Assembly (NCBI GenBank): GCA_030704615.1
Contig: CM060731.1
Location: 51,894,001 to 51,958,000, forward strand
Origin: Takakia lepidozioides
Lineage: Eukaryota; Plantae; Bryophyta
DNA length: 64,000 nt
Direction: 5' to 3'
The notes beneath the pieces were generated by a model, which was not told the origin of the DNA, ran no database searches, and saw nothing but the letters and a program-made list of their open reading frames with translations. This document shows positions 38,001 to 48,300 of the stretch, in pieces. The translations under genes were made by a program, and so were the position numbers. The number at the start of each line of letters is the position of its first letter. The stretch's first letter is position 1.

Positions 38001-40333
38001 GACTAGGACAAGACAGTGGTTCGGATTACACGATATGGGTTACACCACCCTGTTAGAGACAGTAGTTTGCAATGGGTTACACTACCATGGGTTACTACTG
38101 AGATTACACAACGAGAGGGTAACAAATCTAGGGTAACACAGCGAGGGGTACCATTAGGGGTACACTGATTACAGGGTTACATACTCCGAGGGTTACACTG
38201 ATTACACACAGCGAGGGTTACACTGAGTACAAGGTTCCACATACGAGGGTTACACACAGGGTTACACACGAGGGTTACACTGAGTTACAAGGTTCCACAT
38301 AGCGAGGTTACAATGATTACAAGATTACACACAAAGGGGTTACACGACGAGAGGGGTGACAGTGGATGGAGTAACACTTACAGAGATACCAAGGCACTAC
38401 AGACCCAAGGTCTCTCATATACTGGATGCCCAAACGCGCATTGAAGTCCATTTCTGTTGGTGATTCGCTGAAGAGGCCACAACACCAAAGCTGGATAAAC
38501 GATTCTCTCTGTTGGATCGCAAAGTGATGGGCGGCGCGACGACGGCTTGCCTTGCAAAACTGTATAGCTCCGTTGATCTTAATTGACCGGTCACCCCACT
38601 CTTCTGTACTCAAACTCGATCTTAAGTCTTCGAGCTCAGAATCCAAGGTCGCAATTCCGTCACCAGGTTGTGCAAAGTACATCAGACTAAAGCCGTAATA
38701 CTCATCGACCAGGTCCTTCACCTTTGAGGCCGTAAGAGCACTTTCCAGAAGTTCAGTCGTGAACCCCAACCTGGGATGCGTTTGGGAAACTGACCTGCCA
38801 TGATTTCTTACATCGTTGTGGGCTAGAATTCTCAAAAGGAGTGGTGGCGGTCCAATGTGCGGTTTGGTGAGATTCTCCATTTGACTGATCAATCCTTCGG
38901 CAAAACCACGAGTGAATTCCAACGGATGTGGAACAACCAAACCTTTGATTCCATCTACAGTAATAGTGATGACAAGAGGATTTGAAGTTCTGGCATCGTC
39001 AAGGTCGGTATTGCCAACAGCTAGTTCGTCCATCGTGTCATCATCATGTGAGGCTTGGCTCTCTCGATGGACTCGTGTAAGTCTCCCACCTTTTTTCTTT
39101 TTCTGCTTTGGCATGTCAGGATGCCCAATGCTCTCTAAATACTCCTTCACCCGATTCAATTCCTCTATCATTAACGGACCATGATCCGGCTGGGCAGTAA
39201 ATGCCTTGTGGGCAGCAACAACACTGTCCATATCATCGCTTCTAAGATGATATCGAGCTCCCTGCGCAATACAGCGTGAGGGGTTACACCAGAGAAAAAT
39301 GTTACAGCACGAGGGGTTACACATGAAAATGGGTTACAAACAAGATGGGCTACACGGGGTTACACAGAGGTGGGTTACACACCATAGGGGTTTTTAAAAG
39401 GGGTCCTCTGTAGGTGGGTTACACTCTGGGTTACACGCCACAGGAGAGACAGGGGGGGTAACACAAAGGGTTACATGGATAGACAACAGCCCAAAATTTG
39501 AAAAACAGAGAAATGGCAGGGAATCCAACTTGATTGTCTGTCGATAGAACCCAACTTGATTTTGCAGCTGTCGCATGGACTGCGCCCTCGCCTCGCGCAA
39601 CAAATTCTTGGAATGCCGGCCAAAACCCCTTCTCATTGACATTCGGAAATGGGAACTGAGGAATAAGGCCATGCGGTAGCAGAAGGATTGAGCCTGGAGT
39701 TCTCTTTCGCAAGATGAACCTTGAGCTCCGGTTTCCCCGGTTTCCAATGTTGATTTTCTTTGCAATAGGGACAGGTAGAGGCGGGCTCAATCGCCGCTTG
39801 TCTCTCTCGTTAGAAACCTGCCGAATAGAAGGACCAGGGACAGAAACAGCAGGAGCACTAGAAGATGGAACCTCTGTAGCAGAAATAGCCGAAGAAGGTA
39901 CAACAGCAGGCACTTCAATAGGATCTGCAATCTCACCCAAAGCCACCCTATTTTGCAGAATCCATGCATGATATGCATCAACAGAAGAAGCTGGAACAGA
40001 ATTCATCACATTTTCAACAGCCATGGCATGCTTGAGCTCCGCATCAGGAAACGGTTTTGTTCCTTTCGGTCTGGCCATACATGCGGCCGTTCCATCGACA
40101 ATATGCCGATTCAATCTGCTCTTATCTACCTTTACTGCCCCACAATAAGGACATTTGAACTTAGGCCGGCCCTTTGCTCCCTCCACCTTGGCCTCTCTAC
40201 ACCTGGTGTGGCAGTACGCGATCATTGTAGCATGCTCATGCTCAGTGTACCAAAAGCGAACTCGTTCGCCATCCCTTTTCAAGTGATCAAATGGAATAGT
40301 AGCCTCTCCAGGGAACAAATAACAATCAGCCAT
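35002..40333 (-). CDS. Multi-exon MULE cargo gene: N-terminal C2H2-type zinc finger, unknown domain, acidic repeat linker, C-terminal Ulp1/peptidase C48 SUMO protease (several frameshifts; may be two genes)
   Basis: ATG 40333 MADCYLFPGE...FKCPYCGAVKVDKSRLNRHIVDGTAAC. An open ~290-aa exon at about 38387-39261 and acidic EKGDT repeats at 36450-37272. Ulp1 motifs VVIPIVF|DHWSVAV, HLDS and VPQQRSCWECGYY give the H-D-C triad plus oxyanion Q. Confidence 0.75.
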
Positions 40334-41099
40334 GACAAAAGAAAAAGCTGACAGAAGAGAAGAGAAGAGCAAGAGCAAGAAAAGACAAGACAAGAAAAGA
40401 CCAAGAGAGAATTCCGAAGAACGCACAACAGGGAGCACGCACAGCAAGGAGTGCAGGAAGAATATGAATGGCTGCGAGAAGGGGAAAACTGAACAATGAT
40501 CAAAGAACGAAGAACGAAGCTAGCTAGATGTCACCCGTAAGGCACGTCGGTTAAGCGAAAGACGGCGGTTCATTAAAATGGCGGCTTGCAATCAATTATA
40601 TCCGCACTGACTCACACGTGTATGAGTTGCAATCCCGGTGTCACCCGGAATAGCGGAGTGTAACCCGTAACCCTACACTTGTGAGCGCGACAAACCGGCC
40701 ATTACTCGAATGCCAGGCACGTCGAGTGTAACCCTCCGTCAGGTACCCAGATATGATGTAACCCTTCGTCACAACCTCATGTACCCCTAGTCTATGTGAC
40801 TCCCGAACACAACATCGATGTAACCCTGTCATATCAAACCATTAGTATGCAACCTCCAGGTAAACATGGTCAATGTAATGCCCCACCCATGTAACCCTAG
40901 CCTATGTGGCTCCGCGAGCGCAACATCCACGTAACCCATCAAACATGTCAACCCATCTAAACCTCCATTACTAAACCGTCTACCAAGCTAGCATGTATTG
41001 AGAAAGAAAACACCGTGTAACCCCCTGTGTGTAACCATACCACACGTGAGGTAGTCATATAAACCATCAGACATGTAACCGGTTGACAGTGCTTGCAAA

Positions 41100-41297
41100 A
41101 CACGCATGATTCGATACGTATTGCATCCATAATAGCGATGAGTAGGCTGCCCCGGCTGGTGTGTGAACAAAAGATACACGAGAGGAGAGTGAATGGGCAC
41201 CCCGTCAAATGAGCGGCTGCTTGCATGGCTAGACCGAAAGAAACAAAACCCTTTCCTAATGCGGATCTTAGGAATACCATAGCCATCGGGGACGGTG
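41100..41297 (+). pseudogene. Diverged inverted partial copy of the zinc-finger exon of the cargo gene
   Basis: 41213-41297(+) encodes AAACMARPKETKPFPNADLRNTIAIGD, versus TAACMARPKGTKPFPDAELKHAMAVEN at about 40012-40090(-). Confidence 0.75.
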
Positions 41298-41559
41298 ACA
41301 AAACAACAAGAATGACATTGAGAAAGAAAAAGATAGAGACAACCGTATCAATCGTAGAGAAAACGTGGTAATAATTTGACGGATCGTTGCACGGAAAGAG
41401 TTGTCTTGTATGTTGCTGGGATGACGATACTGAACTGAATGAACTACAAATCTTTCGCATTGATGTGTGAAGCCGATTGGGCACCATGGGAATTGCAGAA
41501 AGCTGATGCCCCAAAGCAAAAAAACGAGCGAGCTAAGAATCTGGAAACGGATGGAGAGA

Positions 41560-41590
41560 GCAAATTAGGGTTTCGGCCTCTATTTAAACC
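41560..41590 (-). promoter_or_regulatory. Putative inward-facing promoter at the inner edge of the right arm (TATA-like plus telo-box)
   Basis: Minus strand reads GGTTTAAATAGAGGCCGAAACCCTAATTTGCTCTCTCC. Confidence 0.35.
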
Positions 41591-41644
41591 TCCATTCGGC
41601 CGTCGGATAGTTTACACGTGTATGATGTACACGAGGCGGTGATA

Positions 41645-44460
41645 CTGAGGGTTACATGGTGGTGAGGGTTACAGAGGGTCAGAGAGGGTTACATGGAGTG
41701 AGGGTTACATAGGGGTGAGGGTGACACTCTGCGGTGTTACAGAGGGTTACATGGTGGTGAGGGTTACAAAGGGTCACAGAGGGTTACATGGGTTACAGAG
41801 GGTTACATAAGGGGTGAGGACGACACTCTACGGTGTTACAGAGGGTTACATAGGTTACAGAGCCACGTGAGGGTTACATGGTGGCGAGGGTGACACTCTG
41901 CGGTGTTACAGAGGGTTACATGGAGGTAAGGGTTACACCTGGTGAGGGATATAGAGGGTCAGAGGGTTACGAGGGTTACATGGTGGTGAGGGTTACAGAG
42001 GGTCAAAGAGGGTTACATGGAATGAGGGTTACATACGGGTGAGGGTGACTCTGCGGTGTTACAGAGGGTTACATGGTGGTGAGGGTTAAAGGGTTACAGG
42101 GTTACATGGTTTACATGGAGTGAGGGTTACATAAGGGGTGAGGGCGACACTCTGCGGTGTCACAAAGGGTTTGTGAGGGTTACGGAGGGTTACATGGTGG
42201 CGAGGGTGACACTCTGCGGTGTTGGGTTACATGGTGGTAAGGTTACACCTGGTGAGGGATATAGAGGGTCACAGAGGGTTACATGGTGGTGAGGGTTACA
42301 GAGGGTCAGAGAGGTTACATGGAATGAGGGTTACATAGGGGTGAGGGTGACACTCTGCGGTGTTACAGAGGGTTACATGGTGGTGAGGGTTACAAAGGGT
42401 CACAGAGGGTTACAGAGGGTTACGGGTGTTACAGAGGGGTTAGGGTTACATGGAGTGAGGGTTACATGGTGAGGGTGACAGTGTCACACGGAGGGTTACA
42501 TGGTGGCGAGGGTGACACTCTGCGGTGTTACAGAGGGTTACATGGTGGTAAGGGTTACACCTGGTGAGGGATATAGAGGGTCGGGTTACAGAGGGGAGAG
42601 GGTTACATGGAATGAGGGTTAGGGTTACATAGGGGTGAGGGTGACACTCTGCAGAGGGTTACATGGTGGTGGTGAGGGTTACAAAGGGTCACAGGGTTAC
42701 ATGGGTTACAGAGGGTTTAGTGAGGGTTACATAGGGGTTCTGCGGTGAGGGTTTGTGAGGGTTACGGAGGGTTACATGGTGGCGAGGGTGACACTCTGCG
42801 GTGTTACAGAGGGTTACATGGTGGTAAGGGTTACACCTGGTGAGGGATATAGAGGGTCACATGGGTTACAGAGGGTTACATGGTGGTGAGGGTTATAGAG
42901 GGTCAGAGAGGGTTACATGGAGTGAGGGTTACATACGGGTGAGGGTGACACTCTGCGGTGTTATAGAGGGTTACATGGTGGTGAGGGTTACAAAGGGTCA
43001 CAGAGGGTTACATGGGTTACAGAGGGTTACATAAGGGGTGAGGACGACACTCTACGGTGTTACAGAGGGTTACATAGGTTACAGAGCCACCATGGAGGGA
43101 ACAGTGAGAGGGTTACATGGTGGCGAGGGTGAACTCTGCGGTGTTACAGAGGGTTACATGGTGGTAAGGGTTACACCTGGTGAGGGATATAGAGGGTCAC
43201 ATGGGTTACAGAGGGTTACATGGGTGAGGGTTATAGAGGGTCAGAGAGGGTTACATGGATGAGGGTTACATACGGGTGAGGGTGACACTCTGCAGAGGGT
43301 TACATGGTGGTGAGGGTTACAAAGGGTCACAGAGGGTTACAGGGGTTACAGAGGTTACATAAGGGGTGAGGACGACACTCTACGGTGTTACAGAGGGTTA
43401 CATAGGTTACAGAGCCACAGAGGGTTTGTGAGGGTTACATGGAGTGAGGGTTACATGGTGGCGAGGGTGACACTGCGGTGTTACAGAGGGTTACATGGAG
43501 GTAAGGGTTACACTGGTGAGGGATATAGAGGTCACAGAGGGTTACATGGAGTGAGGGTTACAGAGGGTCAGAGAGGGTTACATGGAATGAGGGTTACATA
43601 CGGGTGAGGGTGACACTCTGCGGTGTTACAGAGGGTTACATGGTGGTGAGGGTTACAAAGGGTCACAGAGGGTTACATGGGTTACAGAGGGTTACATAAG
43701 GGGTGAGGACGACACTCTACGGTGTTACAGAGGGTTACATAGGTTACAGAGCCACAGAGGGTTTGTGAGGGTTACATGGAGTGAGGGTTACATGGTGGCG
43801 AGGGTGACACTCTGCAGGGTTACATGGAGGTAAGGGTTACACCTGGTGAGGGATATAGGGTTACAGTGAGGGTTACAGAGGGTCAAAGAGGGTTACATGG
43901 GTGAGGGTGACAACAGAGGTTACATGGTGGTGAGGGAGGGTCACGGGGTTACAGAGGGTTACATGGAGTGAGGGTTACATAAGGGGTGAGGGCGACACTC
44001 TGCGGTGTTACAGAGGGTTACATAGGGTTACATGGGTTGCAAAGTGTTACAGAGGGTTACATGTAGTGAGGGTTACATAGGGGTGGGGGTGACACTCTGC
44101 ACGGTTACGGTCAATATGGGTTACAGGGTGGGGAGGGTCATGGGGGGTTACAAAGGTTACATGGTAATGTGGGTTACACTCGGCGGAGTTACAGAGGGTT
44201 ACATGGGGGTGATGGTTGAACCCGGGGCGGGGGTTACAGGGAACTGGCGGACTGCTGGAAGCGGCGGACTGGTGTCGCAGAACGAGGACGCAGGGGGCGA
44301 CGACGCCGATGGGATGAGGGCGGGGGTGGGGAGGGATTGACCGAGCCAGCCGGCTGCCTTTCGATGTCTGCCGGAGGCGAAGAACCGGCGGTACGGGTGT
44401 CTGGGCTGGACCGTCCTGACGCGCTTGCATTAAGTTCTTACATTATTCCTATTATCTTCC
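41645..44460 (+). repeat. Right terminal inverted arm: ~2.6-kb (GGGTTAC)-core satellite plus unique terminal segment
   Basis: Modules GAGGGTTACATGG, GGGTGACACTCTGCGGTGTTACA and GGGTCACA, in higher-order blocks of roughly 300-350 bp. Confidence 0.95.
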
Positions 44461-44501
44461 AATTTCTTGTGTGTAAGCCATAGATGAGGATATTACCTTG
44501 C

Positions 44502-44537
44502 GTGCTACCCGGGTGATTCAGGGCTCAAATCCTGTTA
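44502..44537 (+). mobile_element. Remnant of a tRNA-derived SINE head
   Basis: GTGCTACCCGGGTGATTCAGGGCTCAAATCCTGTTA resembles GTGCCACCCAGATGATTCTGGGGTCAAATCCTGCTA of the SINE at 51845-52088. Confidence 0.4.
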
Positions 44538-45306
44538 CCGCGATATTTATTAATAGACACTGTGTGATGTTCCAGATTTTTACTATCTATTTTTTTTTTT
44601 TTTAAACAAATTAGAGAACTGGGGATTGTTAATCTGGGGATTGTTTATCTATTCATAATTACTAGAGGGGGGCTTGCATGAATTGCATGCATTTATTTTT
44701 CCCCTCATTAATCAAATTTGAGGGCTACTATCCCTTTTTTATTTGTTTTACTTAGGAGCATGGGACAGTGACCCTGGAAACTTTATTTGAAAACTTATCC
44801 CTTCGTATGTTTAAAATTTAATATAAAATTTCAGAGGCCTCTGTCCCTCTTTCTCTTTAAAAAAAAGGGGAAAAAAAAGAAGGAGGAGCGGAAATATAGG
44901 AGGAGGCTTTAGGCTTTTTTAAAATATAATAAATAATAGGTACTCCTGCACGATCTTCGTGTGTCTACTAGGCCTCATGGGAGCCTTCGGCCCGGGGGTT
45001 TAATTTTTTCCCTTTAATAATTTTCAATAAAATTCTCAGGGCCACTGTCCCCCGTTGATAAATATAATACTAATACTAATACTAATAATACTAATGAATA
45101 GGTTATCACGAGCTACCAGCCCTCGGGACAGCGCGGTTTTGTGCTTCGGTCGGAGAGCGAGACCGTGTGAGAGAGAGAGAGAGAGAGTAGAATTAGGGTT
45201 GTGGACGATCGGAGATGGCAGTCGAAGATGGTGCAATGCTATCATTCTGTGCACCCCTAGAACTAGGGTAGTGTGATCGCTCGAGGATTCTCTGTAGGTA
45301 TTTGCT

Positions 45307-48300
45307 ATGCCGGCTTTTATGTTGTATGGCATCCAGGCACCTGCACCTTGCAATGCTGATGTCGTCTTCTCCAATCCCGGTTATGCAGCGGCAATGCTGG
45401 GAAAAAATTCACTAACATGCAGTGCCGAGATTAATACTTGCAATGCACAATCGAGGCTACGGAGAAATCTTAGCGCATGCCGACCTTTGGACTGGTTGCC
45501 ACGGTCAGTAGATTCTATACAATGGCGTGCATGCATTGCCAAGGATAGTTTTGCAATGTCACCCCCTATCTGTCGATGCTCTGACAACACTTCTGGTCGC
45601 ATTTATGGACAAGAAGACGCAGCAAAGCGCTCGCATGTGACATGTCCGTCGATGCTGGTTTTCTCAGGTAGATATTTTTGCGTTGTGCTCTTACAAAAGA
45701 CAACGATAGAAAACTTGAGAATCATGTTAACCTGAAGCTGAGATTGTTCTTCAGCGCGAAGTGCTTGTGCTCATGGTGTTATTCTGCCTTCGATCTTAAA
45801 AGAATCTCTTTTAGTCGTTTGCTGAGGTGCAGTGGTTGGTGCAGGTGGGACTGCTTTCAACGGGATTGTGGAAGAGCTTAAGAAGCTTACAACGCGGGTC
45901 GCCCATGTCCTCCCTGTTTCTGATGATGGAGGAAGCACAGCTGAAATTGTCCGTGTGCTTGGTACGTAATCTCAAATCTTGGGACGTTTGGTCAAACAAA
46001 CTGTTTGTTGATGCATTCTTCTTTAGGTCTCACCTTTTCCTAATGAGAATTCTTGTACTATTTGCCAGGCGGTCCTTCTGTTGGAGACATTCGATCGCGA
46101 TGTTTACGACTTTCAAGTGAAAGTACTGCTGAAGCCTTAGCAGTGAAGAGGTTGCTTGGTTATCGGCTATCGCTTGCAGAAGCTGAAGCAAAATCTGAGT
46201 GGTAGTGCACTGAAGAGCTCTCTGCTCTTTTGTTTCTGAACTCACTCACCTCCACAGTTCATTCCAGTTGCAAGGTCAAGTTTGAGGCTGTCTACTATGC
46301 CGCAAATACTTTTGGAAATTTGGAGCACCTGTTGCACAATGCTCCAATTTTCGATTATTGAGTGAACAGCCTCTTCCCTTCACGCCCTTCAAGCTCGTCA
46401 CCACTTGGAACACCCTTCTTGTCTTGCAGTTATCAAATGGATCCTCTTTGTCCGCAATGCTGGAAGCCAACCTTGATTTGCAGTTGATTTAGAAGTAGTG
46501 GAGGTGACCGACTTCTAGTTGTTTGTTACAGTACTTCAATTTTGTTAAACAGAAAGAGTAGAGACAGACATACATGCATAAGCTGCAGGTAGTCCATTCA
46601 CCATTAATTTTGCCGTGTCTCCAGGTATAAAATAGTGGAAGGTGATCATGAGCTTTGGAAGGGTGTCTCTGGACCATACAGGGAGACCATTCGTGCATTC
46701 CTTGTACATTTTCAAATTCAGGTTCGCACTTCTCATTAGACTTCCTGCTTTTCAGCAGATCAACGAGGTTTCACTGGGTCAACAGGTGCACTCTCATCCG
46801 TTATTTGGTGGTCAGGAGCTTTACTTTCCATAAGGTTTAAAAGCTAGACATTTGAATATAGAAGTTTCTACTGTAGAGCTCTGGCACTACATATAAGCCA
46901 GTTCAGCTGTTTGCCTGCTACCATGGCATAAGAACTTGAATTCCTGGCCTTGATGAGTGCTGAAAAACTTCCGAATTGGTGGAAACTGATCTTGAACCGA
47001 TCCAAGAGTACTTAGTATAACTTTCCTGTGTAACAAGTGTGGGCTTCCTATTGGCTATGGTCCACGTGAAGACCAGAAGCATCCAAACTGAGGGAAATTG
47101 ATATCCTTCTTTATTGATGGTGCAGATTCTTCGGCACTCAAGTGAAAGATTTCGATACCGGAATGGAAGGTATCCTCTGCTTTATCTTATTTTTTGCCTA
47201 GAATACGAGCTATTATACCAGAACACCATACTATGTGATGCCACATGCATCTCATAAGCTGGCAGGTGGATTCTGTACTTCTGAGTTAGGCTAATACCTA
47301 GTTGGATCCTGACTTACGTAGATGCTCTGCTACCACTGAGGTGATGGGATTCACCCCCTAGGCCTGTGCATGCTACCAGATTAGTGCCAGAAGCTGTTTA
47401 TAAGAATTATCTGCTCTCGTGATCTGGTGGCTGGTCTCGTGACAGTATAGGGAATTTTTTTTTCGCTGGAGCGCGCATATTTTTCCAGTCATTAGATGCA
47501 GCCATATTTCTCTATTCACGAGTGTCACACATCCCAACAGACAGCCTGGTGCTGCCCGCTATCTGCACGAATGATCGCCTCACTGTTGGTTGTGAGTTAC
47601 ATGTGCGTACCCCACACCTGGGACTTCACATTTCAGCAGATTATCAAATCTTGCACTTTCAACTGTCCATCTATTGCAGCCATCTCCAGCATTAGTATTT
47701 GCCTCGATGTATATATGTGTTCACCCCTTCCACAAGGAACTGCAAGGTGCTTCAGCACATCAAATGCACCCAGAAATGGTTGCAAAAGCGGAAGGCTGTC
47801 TCTAATAACTGACATGGTAATTTCTTAGCCCCAGTGCAAGCAAGCATAGACGGAGGAATCTTCTCACTAGTGAGAAGCCTGCAGGCTGAGGGGCTTGTTG
47901 CTGGTGTGTGTACCAGAGTGGGGTGGTGATTAGAGGACAAAATGAAATATCTCATCCTTTGGTCAAAGACTCGAATGCCGAATGTCCTCTGGCAGTGAAT
48001 AAGGTTCGTGTGTTGGCTTTCTCCCTTTACTGAAATGTAGCCTCCTTGATCTCATAATCACAGTAAAATTGTTAGAGTTAGAAGTGAGACCATCATGTTA
48101 CTTTGGATCAGTGAGCTCTCCTTCGCAATAAAGCGGGTCACAATGGAAAATTTTATGCAACCCGAAATACTTGCTGCTAGCTTTGCCCTAAGACAATCAG
48201 ATAGTGGGACATATGAAAGAAGTCACTGGTGTGGCCTCCTTCACCCCTTGGATTGCAGGATCTTCCTTCCTCCTCACATACTCTCACTTATACTTGCACT

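Larger units (their letters stand above)
28349..44460. mobile_element. 16,112-bp Mutator-superfamily (MULE) element with very long, tandem-repeat-filled terminal inverted repeats
   Basis: Perfect 9-bp TSD AATTTCTTG (28340-28348 and 44461-44469). Termini GGAAGATAATAGG.../...CCTATTATCTTCC, with the first 58 bp perfectly inverted and near-identity continuing inward. Contains a MULE-SWIM transposase and an Ulp1 gene. Confidence 0.95.

Noticed and set aside
40957-41514. 185-aa minus-strand ORF as a third element gene (VANC-like)
   Set aside because: It overlaps the antisense relic of the ZnF exon and motif-rich DNA, and its composition looks non-coding; it would need RNA or dN/dS support.
28586-44240. 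True telomere or interstitial telomere from a chromosome fusion
   Set aside because: The repeats are modular with non-telomeric spacers and lie inside TIRs bounded by a 9-bp TSD, so they are transposon arms.
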